From Eledone cirrhosa (taxonomy: Eukaryota), in NCBI GenBank assembly GCA_964016885.1, contig OZ024750.1, forward strand, positions 15,934,001 through 15,998,000: a stretch of DNA of 64,000 nucleotides. Reading direction: 5' to 3'. Positions 26,192 through 39,610 of this stretch are shown here, one piece after another. Every line of letters begins with the position of its first letter. The first letter of the stretch is position 1. The position numbers and the translations under genes were made by a program. Below the pieces are notes generated by a model. It was not told where the DNA came from and made no database searches. It saw only the letters and a list, made by a program, of their open reading frames with translations.

Positions 26192-27185
26192 CTGAAATCA
26201 AGGAATTACACAAGAAAAAGTTACAATCTTTGAAAAAAAAAATTGTTGGCTGTTTCCCTCCAACATTTGGCATTATATTCCAAACTTCCTGAAATAGGTT
26301 TTATTTTTGATGAATTAATTTACAATTCTAACATTCAATGCTTTAACCCTTTTGTTACCATATTTCTAACAAGAATACACTGCCTTTGTGTTTTAATTTC
26401 CACAATAATCAACAATTATGATAGGTTTAATGAAATATCAAAATAACAAAACAAATATTTAACTACTGAAATTTAATAATATTATCTGGTATGTAATAAT
26501 AAGATTCCCATTTAAATTTAAACATGTTAATAGAGGCAGCTTTGGGTGGGTTGGTATTTAACTCTTTAGCATTTACATTACTCTATATATACTATTGTAT
26601 TTTTGTGGTAAAGGCTTTACCTCACATAATATAAAATCTATGAGATTTTGATATTATTTATTTTGAGAACAATACCATACATCAGTATGAGCGGCCAGTT
26701 ACAGTCGGTTTGAACAGAAAGAGGTGAGAAAATTCTGGCCAGATATAGCTGGTTTAAATACTAAAGGGTTAAAAGGTAAACCCTTTCATTACCATATTTC
26801 TAATGAAGACACTCCTTATGATTTTCAAATCATCTTGAAAATAATCAAGAATTTGGAGAGATTTAGTAATATTACTAACTTTCTCATTAAGTTTGGAACA
26901 TAACTCCATAAACTTTATTTGAAGGTTTTAATTTAAATAGGAATAATTTAAAATGGGTAATTTTGTTTCGTAGAACCAGAGCCAGTTTGGACTGGGTTAG
27001 TGCTAAAAGAGTTAATGCAGAATTTTTGTTATTGGGGTGACTAAAATTATCATTTTATTACTAAGATTGTATATTAATATATATAATTATAATATAAAAT
27101 TATGTGGTAAGATTTTAATTTAATCAGGAATTCTTTAAAATGGGTGGTTTCATTTCATAGAACCAATGACAGTTTCGACTGAGTC

Positions 27186-27521
27186 ATCATCATTTCATTT
27201 TACGTCCGCTTTTTCCCTGCTTGCAAGGGTGGGACAGGAACTGATACTGGCTTGATTTCTACAGCTGGATGCCCTTCCTAACACCAACCTCATTTACAGT
27301 GAGTGCTGGGTGCTTTTTTGCCGTGGCACCTCCACAACCACTTTGCAGTGGAATGATAGGGACCTCAGTCCCTATCATCTCATTTCTACATCTGAGTAAA
27401 CTGGAGCAATGTGAAATAAAGTGTCTTGCTCAAGGAAACAACACATCACCCGGTCTGAGAATTGAACTCACAACCTTTCGATTGCAAGGCCAATGCTCTA
27501 ACCACTAAGCCATGTGCCTCC
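27186..27521 (-). mobile_element. Full-length tRNA-derived SINE (family B) with RTE-like 3' tail
   Basis: Minus strand: A box TGGCTTAGTGG, B box GAGTTCAATTC, core CCTTGAGCAAGACACTTTATTTCACATTGCTCCAG, TAGGAAGGGCATCCAG, tail GGACGTAAAATGAAATGATGATG. Related copies at ~5908-6140(+), 15170-15310, 31110-31225, 32805-33030, 43525-43770(+), 51475-51712. Confidence 0.85.
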
Positions 27522-27834
27522 ATGAGTATGGTATCAAAAGGGTTAAACTGTGTCTGAAATATCTTTTATAATAGATCTGCTTGATCTGAAATAATTTACA
27601 TATGAAGAAATAATATTGAACAAGAAAGAATTGTTAGGTTATTTAAAAAGCACAACTCATAATAAGAGAAATGAAAAGAGTTATTGGTGACATTTTGGAC
27701 TATGGTCCTCTTTTGAAAAATAAAGAAAGAATGAAGGAAAGAATGAAAAAATGGCAGAGAAATAGGAAAAATAGGGAAAAAAGTTGAGGTGGATTGTCCA
27801 TGTGTGGACAGAATGGTTACATAGCAACAAATAT

Positions 27835-27867
<33 letters not shown>

Positions 27868-27878
27868 CATATTTGTTG

Positions 27879-27940
<62 letters not shown>

Positions 27941-28642
27941 AAAAAAGTGACAAAGTGTGGTTACGAATAAATATTATTTAGAAAATGTGAGAAACACAAA
28001 CATAAACACAAGGACAGTTCCTGCTCATCATCAGTGATCCAGCTGATGAGCGGGAATTGTCCTTGTGTTTATGGTTGTGTTCCTCTTACATTTTCTAAAT
28101 AATAAATTATATATATATATATATACACACACACACAAAGTAAACGAAAACCAACACACCAAAACGATACAGTAGACTGAAGATATATATTGATATAATG
28201 CTTGATATAAGTAGGAAAAAAGTTTTAACATTTCAGATGGTAGTCCTTCATCAGGAGAAATAAAAAGCAATATAAAGATAGTGGAGAGTGGAAAGAGGAA
28301 GAAACAAAGCAAAAGTATGTATTAAGATAAAGAAACTAGCACCCGAGATTAAACTTCTCAACAAACCATACTCAATCAGTCCAACAGTTATATTTAGAAT
28401 GCTATCATCATCATCATCGTTTAACGTCTATCTTCCATGCTAGCATGGGTTAGTCCCATTTACAGGCAAGTTGGGTTGGGTTTCTGTGTCTTGCTCATAT
28501 AGAACTGTTTTTGGCTGGTTTTCTACGGTTGGATGCCCTTCCTAGCGCCAACCTCATTTACAGTGTGTGCTGGGTGTTTATTGCCATGTCTTTTACACAA
28601 CCACTTTGCAGTGTAGGCTGGGTGTTTTGTGGTACCAACATA

Positions 28643-28698
<56 letters not shown>

Positions 28699-29975
28699 GT
28701 GTATATACATATATCATCATCACCTCCGTTTTACATCTATTTTCCACGCTAGCATGGGTTGGACGGGTTATCTTCAAATAGATATATGACAGTGATGATG
28801 ATGATGGATGCCTCATTGCTTTTGTTTATGAGCATTCAGTTATTCAATTAACTCAATGTCCAACTCGTGTAAGTTAAGTGGTTGGCTATTCCACAGACAC
28901 GTGTACCCTTAATGACATTCTCAGGGAGATTCGGAATGACTCAGTATGTGACATGGTTGGATCTATGAATTACAAGTACAATCCATCTTGTATAATAGAG
29001 CGAGTGGTTGAGTATTCCACAGATATGCACCATTAAGGTAATGCTCAAGCCAAATCAGCATTACACAATAAGTGACAAAGGATGGCCCTTTGAATTACAT
29101 GCACAATCCATCTGACAAGCTTCCACACAGTTTCTGTCTAGCAAATTACACTCAGAAGTCTTAGTGTGATCTGAAGCTATGGTAAAGACACTAGATCAAG
29201 ATGCCATGCAGTGGGATCAAACCCATTTACATGTTAATTCACCAGTTCCACATCCAGTTGATTAAATGGCTGAATGACTGAATACTAATCATTAAAACTG
29301 ATGGAGGATCCATCAACGGGGTACCCTACATAAACTACATATATTTCAGTAGAATTTATCTTTTATTTTATATTGGATTTTGTGAACAACAGCACTATTG
29401 GTTACAGGATCCCAATGGGCCAATCACTGGTTCACTAGACAGAGGCAGTGGTAAGAGAGCTACTGAGTTATTAATAATCGTCACAGGAAATTCAAATATC
29501 TGCTCATAGTTCTGCCAAGAGCTGCTAGGCCTTTGATTACCAACAAATCAGTGGTGTAACCTGTATATATTGAAACAATAATGCTCCTTGTAACCTACAG
29601 GGTCATATAATATTTTTAGGTTGGTCATTTTCTAGATGTAAATCCTCAAGTTTAGAATTGAGAAAAGAGTAACAAATTTTTCTTATATTTCTTATTAATT
29701 ATATAATAAGGTTATGAAGGAAAAAATAGTATAATTGGCAGTAAATTATACAAACTCTTGGAAAATACGTATTTTCTCTTGGACTATACAAGGTGTGGGG
29801 ATTAAGGACTGGTTAATATTTTCTTGATTAAATTTACAAGAGAAAAGAAAAACAAAAACAAAACAAATCGTGTTTTAATTATTATTAGAATTATTAATTT
29901 TCCTATCAAATTTGGGTTAATTTGAACCATGAAAATAGTTAAGGTATTCTTTAGAAAAGGAAAGGTTTTACTTAC

Positions 29976-30698
29976 AACTGTCTTTTGAAAGATATTGGTG
30001 TCTTTGTGTTGGTTCATGCTACTACCACTACTACCACAAACAACACTACTACCACCACCACCACCAATAACAACACTACTATGACTAACACTGCCACCGC
30101 TGGTATCCAAACGGCTGACAGATTTCTTTGGAGGGGAGGAACTAGAGATATCATCTACAGTCGATACATTGTCACTGTAGTCACTACTACTAGGAGAATC
30201 ATTGCTCTCATAGTCTGATGTAATATTTCCTAATCTTCGTAGTGGAGGAGTAGCTTGACACTCTTTTGATACACTCAACTTGCCTGCATCCGTCGTATCT
30301 AGGTTAGTCTCATTTCTACCCAGGCTACTTGCCTCATGTTTTGAAGGGCTCATGCTTGGGTAGTCTACAGATGCAGAAGTGGGGGGTAGCATGTTTTTTC
30401 TTGACGTTCTTCGCTGGTGTCCAAGGTTGCTGGGGGCTGCACTGGCCACAGAGAAAGAGCGAGATTTCGGTATGGTTAAAACCATTGTGGCGGGAGAGCT
30501 CGGTGAAGGACTATTGCTGCGGCTTCCGGATGGACTTCCACCGGGAATAGCCCAATCTCTGGGTTGACGGAAACTTGAACTGCGGATCCGTGATGGTTCT
30601 GCTTCTAGTGTAGGCATTCCGGTGGCAGATGTTGTGGTAGTCCATGTGCTGGTAGACATACGTCGGATAAGGTTGGGTGGAAGACTCCGTCGAAGACG
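29976..30698 (-). CDS. PDE3: PDE3 exon ([32 protein letters not shown]... phospho-regulatory region)
   Basis: ttgcag| acceptor, |gtaagt donor, 723 nt, phase 0-0. Matches the PDE3[31 protein letters not shown] segment. Confidence 0.93.
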
Positions 30699-32229
30699 CT
30701 GCAATGGAAACACAGAAATATTAGTATAACATCGAGAACATAACTTAGACAACAGACAGAGGAATATTACTGTAACATGGAGAACATATCAATTTAAACA
30801 ACACAGAAATATTAGTATAACATCGAGAACATAACCTAGACAACAGACAGGGGAATATTACTGTAACATCGAGAACATATCAATTTAAACAACACAGAAA
30901 TATTGCTGTAATATTGAGAACAGAGCAAAAGAAAGTACTTTAACTGACATTTTGTTTGCTTATATTAGAAAGAAAAGCATGATTGACAAGTTCCCAGACT
31001 TCATTCACTTACCGTGTGGGGTGGAACTTATCAAAGTGGACCAAGGAAACAATGTTTCCATTAGCCTTCCCATTGCTGATACTATCTACCAGTTGCAACT
31101 CCTGGCAGAAAGAGCAATGTGAAATAAAGTGTCTTGCTCAAAGACATAACGCATCATTTGGTCCAGGAATTGAACTTGCAGCCTCACAATTGCGAATCCA
31201 ATTCCCTAACCACTAAGCCATGCCCCTCACTTACTTATAATGATCACACAACTGTTTAACCCTTTCAATACTGTATTTCTAATGAAAGCCATTGCCTAGT
31301 ATATTCAAATCATTTTCAAAATAATCCAAAATTTGGAGAGATTTAGTAACATCAATAATTTCCTCATAATCAAGCTGGTGTTTGGAAATGATGTAAGATT
31401 TTAATATAAAAATGAACATTATAAAACAATCAGTTTTGCATACGAGGTGATATTGAAAGGGTCAAAATAAATATGTATGTAACTGATTGCTAAAAACAAG
31501 GAAACACAGTTAGTACAGATAGAAAGAGGAAGAGCAGGGACTGTTTGTGAAACTCTGAGAAACATACATTCTTTTAAGAGTAGATTATCCTCAACTGAAT
31601 GTTGTGGCTAAATACATCTGACTCAGTGAGGATAGTTGATAACAGATAGCAAACATAATTATATAATAACAGTGAAGTGGTACCTTAGAGAAGGGAGAGA
31701 GTGGGAGAGGAGAGAGAGTGGGAGAGGGGAGAGAGAGAGAGGTTAAGAAAGCAAGGGTGGAGGGGGAGATAGAGAGAGAGATAGAGAGAAGTTGTACTTT
31801 ATTTAGAGAGGGAGAGAGAGGTAAAGAAACCAAGTGTGCAGGGGGGGGGGGGGGGTAATAGGTAGAAAGAGATAAATAGAGAGAAAGAGATAGTGATGTA
31901 GAAAGAAGCCGTTTCCATGACAACTACTTGACTTCTTTCTTATTTTTTGCTTATTTTTGTCTTATCTCTGTATTCCAATTACTGCGACCATGTGATGAGC
32001 AACAAAATTGGTATAATTCTGTTGCTCACCACATAATTCTTTCTGATTTAGACAGAAGGTCAAAACATTTTGGGGGAGTAGAAAGTCAATTAAATCGACC
32101 CCAGTGTGTTTCTGGTTTTTTCAGTTATCGACCCATTATAATAATGAAATTGAAAACAGACGAAACAACAACAGAAATTGTTTTTAAGTTAGTTTTTTGT
32201 TTTTTTACAGACCACCAAAAGACCATGCT

Positions 32230-33225
32230 TAAATGATGGGAAGGAAAAAACCTTACATGGTCAATACTGGAAACAGCTGAATAGAAAGGAAGTAGACAAG
32301 CAAATCTAAAAAAACTGGCTATGGAGCAGTGCACTAACAGCCGAGACTGAAGGAATTCTAATTGCAGAACAAGATCAAAGCCTCCCCATTAGAAACAACC
32401 AGAAGTACGTAGTGAAAAACAATGTAAATAACTGAAGAATATGTGGAGGTGGGGAAGAAACAATTAACCACATTATCTTAAGTTAAAAAGGACTATATCA
32501 ACAGACATGATAGAGTTGGGATTTACATACACTGGAAGTTATGCCAACACTACAAAATACCAACAGAAAAAAGATAGTTCAAACATAAACCAGAAAAGGT
32601 GTCAATGCACACAGTCAGGAAGATCAAAGGCAACCAACTGTATGTTATAGTCAAAGACCACAAAGAAAAGAAATGTCTTCTAATGGATGTATCAATCCCA
32701 ACAGACAACAATATATCTGCCAAAGAAATGGAGACATTATCCAAATATAAAGATCTAGAGATAGAAATAAGCCAAATGTGAACAATGAAAATAGAAACAA
32801 TCATTCATCATCATCATTTCATTTTACGTCCGCTTTTCCCTGCTTGCAAGGGTGGGACGGGAACTGATTTTGGCTTGATTTCTACAGCTGGATGCCCTTC
32901 CTAACACCAACCTCATTTACAGTGAGTGCTGGGTGCTTTTTTGCCGTGACACTTCCACAACCACTTTGCAGTGGAATGATATGGACCCCAGTCCTATCAT
33001 CTCATTTCTACAGCTGAGTAAACTGGAGCAATCTATAATAATAGGTGCTCTGGGAATGATCAAAAAAACAACACCACACAGATACATAACTAAAATTTCA
33101 GGACTCACAAATATATACAGCATACAAAAAAAAAAAAAAAATAGCACTAGGTACTGCACACATATTACCAAGAGTACTTTCAATACAATAGAAACAACAC
33201 TGCACATACCCAAGGCGCACAGAGT
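32230..33225 (+). mobile_element. Decayed RLE-type (R4/Dong-like) non-LTR retrotransposon fragment interrupted by a SINE (~32805-33030)
   Basis: Peptides EQDQSL, C..CGGGEETINHI, RHDRVG.YIHWKLC, IVKDHKEKKCLLMDVSIPTDNN, SKYKDLEIEI, resuming IIIGALGMIKK after the SINE. Confidence 0.8.
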
Positions 33226-33807
33226 TGGCACTTTAAGTCATCAACCCCCAAAAAGATGAAAAGTAAAGCTGACTTCAATGAGATTTGAAATAACGATAAT
33301 AATAATAATAATAATTGTTTCTACTTTTGGCATCAGGCCAGCAATTACCCAGTGTATTACTGGTACTTTATTTTATCGACCCCGTAAGGATGAAAGGCAA
33401 AGTTAACCTCGGGATTTGAACTCAGGTCATGAAAGGCCATAACTATGCTGCAAAGCATGTTGTCTGACGCTCTACCGATACTGCCAATCTACCACCCTAA
33501 TAATAATAATGATGATCATGATGACATTGTAAAAATGGTGAAGTTAAGATTCCATGTAATTAGTTTATAAATATTTGGCTGGAATGATATGTATGTATAA
33601 TGACAGCTGAAACAATGGCACTGTTTTCAAAAATAGTATTTAATAGACTAAACATATATTCTGTTCCTATACACACACACAATCATCATCATCATCTTTT
33701 AACATCCACTTTCCACGCTGGCATGGGTTAGATGGGTTGTCCCATTTGAGGCAAGTTGGGTCAGTTGACTGTCTTGCTCACACACAACTGTTTCTGGCTA
33801 GATTTCA

Positions 33808-34148
33808 ACATTTACAGTGTGTGCTGGGTGCTTTTTGTTGTGACACCTTCACAACCACTTTACAGTGTTGGCTGGGTGCATTTTGTCATGACACCCACAC
33901 AACCACTTTACAATGTGGGCTGGGTGCTTTTTATCGTGACACCTACACAACCACTTTACAATGTGGGCTGGGTGCTTTTTGTCATGACTCCTACACAACC
34001 ACTTTACAGTGTGTGGACGGGGTGCTTTTTGTCACGACTCCTACACAACCACTTTACAATGTGGGCTGGGTGCTTTTTGTCACAACTCCTACACAACTAC
34101 TTTACAGTGTGGACGGGGTGCTTTTTGTTGTGACACCTACACAACCAC
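33808..34148. repeat. ~47-bp tandem array amplified from an internal SINE/RTE-UTR module
   Basis: About 7 copies of tttacagtgtgggctgggtgctttttgtcatgacacctacacaaccac. Confidence 0.88.
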
Positions 34149-34471
34149 CCTGCATCATCCTCATACATATATACATACACTCAGCCAGTCAGGCTGCCTC
34201 CGACTTTTGTGGTAAATACCCTCAAAGTAAAACCCAACCATGGCTCTATCATCTCTGCATTCCTCTCGCCCAATGTTGGCATCCTGAATGACAAATCAGA
34301 AGAGGAGTAGATGTGTATTGTGTGCAAGAAAGACCTGGGCAGAGGTTGTAAGAGGTGACCTCAAATCGCTAAGACTGGAGGAGGAGATGACAAAGTAATG
34401 CAACATGTGGAGAGATGCCGTGGTGAGCAGGGACCATCCAACTCATGCAAGCATTGAAAAGCACACGTAAA

Positions 34472-34720
<249 letters not shown>

Positions 34721-35765
34721 GTTATTATACTTTTCTTTTTTTTTTATACTAATTCAGCTGTCAAAATATTGAAGGCTGAAAAACAAAGAGGGAAGTTCTT
34801 TCTAATGAACTAGCAAAGAAAATACCATTAATATTTTCTTGGAAGCACCATCCGCCAAATTTGATTCACTTAAAAGAATTCTTCAGAAACTTATCTCCTC
34901 ATAATGTACAACCTCTTCATTCATTCAGTTAGTCAGCAGCCAACTTCTCATCGTTTGATGTGCTGACATACAAACACTTCCTGTTACGTTAACCTTCCAC
35001 GCACAACAAACAAACCACGCACCCTGCTATCTACATCCGTTTTTGTTGACAGTCTACAGCTTCTTAGAAACTAATATCAGTCATCTTCAAAAGAGTGCCA
35101 AACCTAGGTATTACCGAATCACCCCCAAACAACAGAGTTAAATCTATCTGTTGCAATATTAACAACAACCTAATCAAAATATTTAATTTCTTCACCATAT
35201 ACAGTATATATATATATTGAGACAGTCATAGTTGTATGGTTAAGGAATTTGTTTTGCAGGGTTTCCTCCTACTGTTTGGCAATTTGAGTGTCTTCTACTA
35301 TAGCCTCAGGTTGAACTATGCTTTGTGAGTTAAATTTGGTAGATATATATATATAGCCTGCTTTTAAATTCCCTTCTGGCATATTTTAGCAGTGGTTTTG
35401 GTTATCGTGTTGAGCTATTCTGATGAAAGACTCCAACCGTGACTAACCCCACTGAAAAGTTTTGTGAAATAGTCTTTTTAAGACTATATAGAGCATTTGT
35501 AGATTTTTCCAAATTGAAGGATAAGTATTTACTCTTAATTTTATTCTGAGTTAAGATTCTATTGGTTTTTTTCCCTGGATTACACAAAATCTGTGGATAA
35601 AATATCTGTCTTGACTTTTTTTGAATTGGGATTCAATTATTTTCCCATATCTTACGTTAAATATTTTCCATCTTGACGTAATAGTCACTTATATGTATGA
35701 ATTACTGTTGGCTTCTTGCTCACATTAATTTCTCTATTTTCATTTATATATATATATATATACAC

Positions 35766-35861
35766 AATTAGAAAAGAATATGTTAAAAAATATATATGGA
35801 AACGTAAAAATGTAATTATTTTTCATATGTATTGCGAATTTTGGTCCACCCCTATATATAT

Positions 35862-35909
<48 letters not shown>

Positions 35910-35992
35910 GTGGACCAAAATTCTCAATACATATGAAAAATAATTACATTTTTACGTTTCCATATATATTTTTTAACATATTCTTTTCTAAT
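35766..35992. repeat. Palindrome centred on a (TA)n tract
   Basis: ~86-bp arms (aattagaaaagaatatg...ggtccacccc / ggggtggacc...ttttctaatt) with very few mismatches. Confidence 0.9.
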
Positions 35993-36718
35993 TTACAGAT
36001 ACCCTGATATCCCATGTATCACAACTTTTGGTTCACCCTGTGTATATGTATATATATATTCAAGTCTGGTATCTATTTAATCAAACCACTAAGTCATATA
36101 GACATTATAAGACATAAACAAACATACACACACACAGACTTGGACACACACACATATCATCAACAATGATGATGATGATACATATGTGTGTGTGTGTGTG
36201 TTTCAAAGTATGTGTTGGCGTTCATGTCCTGTATCTTAGTGGTTTGATAAAAAAAAGGCGATCAATAAGACAAATAACAGACTTTAAAAAAATACTGAGG
36301 TGGATATGAAGGATTAAATCACTTCAAAGGAGTGCTCCAGCATGGTCACAGTCCAATCACGAAAACAAGTAAAAGAACAAATGAATATAAGATATACATG
36401 CTTGAAGCATATTTGTGTAACCAATTGAGGTTTCTTTTCTTTTTTTTTTAATTTCACTTATACTTTGAATTACTCATCCTTGAAGATTTTATGTCAAGCT
36501 GCTGTTTTCATCATGACATCACTACCATCATCATCATCATCATCATTTTATACGGGATTTCAATGCTGGCATGGGTTAGATGGGGTGTCATGATCTGGGA
36601 CAAGACAAGTTAAATAACCATATACTTGTTATTTTACATTGAGCTATTTTCATACTTGTAACTGGGTAATATTTATCATTACCCACCTTGAATATATATT
36701 TATATATAGCTATACCTT

Positions 36719-36750
<32 letters not shown>

Positions 36751-36929
36751 TAGTGGAACCTCGGTTCAAAAACTTAATTCATTCCTGAAGCCTGTTCGTC
36801 ATCGGAAATGTTCAGAAACTGAAATTATTTTTCCATACAAAATGTTGAAAGAGAAATACATAAAGATAGATATCATAGCATACCCATGCTAGCATGGAAG
36901 ATAGACGTTAAACGATGATGATGATGAAT

Positions 36930-37400
36930 GCAACATCCTGTTCCAGTCACCCACTAACATTAAAGAGTGGGATGTTCCTAGGAAGGTCTCCAGGCGCCTG
37001 AAGGAATTAGGCCATTCTGTCCCTGTCAGGGTATAAACTGCCTCCAGCTTGAAAGCATAGCCATTACTGAGGTCACGTTCAGCACCACTGACTTACTTTC
37101 TGTGTCTAGGAAGATGGTCTGTATCATGAGATTCAAGCCTTTCTGAAATAACACAGCTACTCCACCTCCAGATCTTGGACTACTTGCAGATGCGTATTCT
37201 TTGCAACCGCTAAAAGTGGCTTGTGCCTCAGAAATTCTAGTCTCTCTGATGTCCACAACACCTATGTTCATTGACCCCGCTTCCATGAAGACCGCAGGCC
37301 ACGTACATTTACGCTGCCTATTCTGAGTAAGGCCATGTTGATCAAGAGTACGAAAAGGTGGGAAAGTCCACTACCCTTCGGTCCTTTGGAGGAAGGAAGG
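36930..37400 (-). mobile_element. L1/Tx1-like LINE fragment (APE endonuclease N-terminus)
   Basis: Minus strand MALLRIGSVNVRGL...RET...GGGVAVLF, typical of the APE domain start; frameshifted. Confidence 0.7.
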
Positions 37401-37884
37401 TTTCTCCATCCTTAATAATAATAATGTGTGCCATATCTAAGTTCACAAAATCTTTCCTAGTTCAGAGTTTAAACCTTAAACACCCAACCCATTGTGTGTG
37501 TGGATATAAACACACACACACATATATATATGTATATGTAATATATAAATTGATGGCTGAATCTTTAACAAACATCCACTGCCCACACCTGTTTTATAAA
37601 CAATCACCTTCTATATAAAACAAAACAATTATTTATAAACAAGTGTTTGGATCAAAGTCAGTGTTAATTATCTCACCCATTGATCTAATATCGTTGAAAC
37701 AAGTTTTTAAATTTAATAATCTGTGAAATTCCCCATTTTTATAGATGTTAAGTTTTCAATTTTGATGCATAAATGTATGAATTTATAGATCTTTATAACT
37801 TTATATTTTATTATGTTAAAGATTTCAATCATGTTATTGATTTTGTTCCATAGTTAAGGCTGCTTGAAGCATAACACCTGAGTT

Positions 37885-38070
37885 TTGAGTGGCAGACTCT
37901 ACACCCTAATCTAGGTGGTATATCCCAGCTATGAGTGACAGATTCTATACCCCAGTTTAGGTGGTATATCTCAGCTGTATATGACAGATTCTAAACCCCA
38001 GTCTGGGCAGTATATCTCAGCTATGAGTGGCAGATTCTAAACCCCAGACTGGGCAGTATGCCTCAACTAT
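37885..38070. repeat. 46-bp tandem repeat, 4 units
   Basis: gagtggcagattctaaaccccagtctgggcagtatatctcagctat variants. Confidence 0.85.
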
Positions 38071-39399
38071 GCCCTGCAGACAAAATGGCAAAAGCATTTC
38101 TGCAGAGAACAGCTAGCAATATGTGACACATCAGGCACTCCTTCCTCAGGTGGGGATACACTCCTCCCAATTTTAACCCTTTAGCATTTAAACTGGCCAT
38201 AACTGGCTGCTCATATTGACATTAAGGTATTGTTCTCAAAATATATAGTATCAAAATCTCGAAGATTCAATACTATGTGAGATAAAGCCTTTACTGCGAA
38301 AATACAATAGTAAATATAGAGTAATGTAAAGGGTTAAGGGGAGGGTGGAGGAAATGGCAGTCTAGGGACCTAGGACATCAGAGGTGTCAAAGATGGCCAG
38401 CTAAAGATTTCTTAGATTCAACTCTTTTAACATCTGAGATCACCATTCCTGGTTCTATGATATAGAAACTGCCTGTTTTAACCCTTTTGACATCAACCTG
38501 CCTGAAACCACCTCTGATTTTATAATGCAAAATTGTCAATTTCAAAGTCTTTATTTTTAAATTAAAACCTTTCATTATAATTTTATGTAAGAACTTTTGG
38601 TTTAATTATATTTCAGTTGCTAGCATATTAATGACTCAATTAATTATTTTACTGAAGCCTTCCAAATTCTTGGTTATTTTCTAAATTAATTGAAACACAT
38701 AGACAATGAATTCAATTAGAAGAACGGCTATGGAAAGGTTAAAATTAATTTAAATGAGGATTTTGAGAGATGACAGAAAGAGAAAGAGTGAGAGATAAGT
38801 GTTTATATCTAGGTAGCTGTATCTCTATGTATGAGTGTATGTATGTTTGTGTGTGTGCCTATGTATATGTATGTGAGTTTATGTGTATGCATGTACGAGT
38901 GCATATGTATGCATACATATGTGAGTGTGTGTATATGTGTGTATGTGAAACACAGCTGTTAACATCCAAGAACCACCAAAACAGTAAATCAAATCTAAGA
39001 TATAGATGATATGAAATAGTTACACCTGCCTCACAATGGAAACTGTCATTCTTCTCCACCTCCTCACTCCCAACATATAATTCTTTAACGCTACACTAAC
39101 CCACATCTACCAACAGTAGGAAAAGACCTTTACCACTACACTATATACACATTATTGGCAGTATCGGTAGAGCATCGGATGCCATGCTTTGACGCATAGA
39201 GTTATGGCCCTTGCCATTCTGAGTTCAAATCCCGTTGAGGTTAACTTTGCCTTTCATCCTAACGGGGGTCGATAAAATAAAGTACCAGTAATACACTGGG
39301 ATAATTGCTGGCTTTGTGCCATACACATTGCTAAAAACTAGATAGTACTCTAGCTAGTCACAATGTTCTCTTATATTTTATATATATATATATATATTC

Positions 39400-39572
39400 A
39401 GGCTTCTACAGGACTAGAACTGTTTCATTCAGGAGAAATCATCAGAAAGCCCTGATGATTTCTCCTGAATGAAACAATTCAAGTCCTGTAGAAGCCTTTT
39501 CTATATTAAATATTTATACTATTGAGTACCTTACTTACTGCGGTTACCCCCGATTGAACTCGGGATACACTT
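39400..39572 (+). mobile_element. Fold-back element (family shared with 7696-7826 and 46522-46660) with CTGATGA..GAAAC
   Basis: 46-bp arms 39400-39445 / 39452-39497; tail tgagtaccttacttactg is the reverse complement of ~7729-7746; flanked by (TA)n. Confidence 0.7.

Positions 39573-39610
<38 letters not shown>

Noticed and set aside
27400-27521. tRNA-like sequence with A and B boxes
   Set aside because: Head of a multi-copy SINE continuing into core and tail; no proper cloverleaf.
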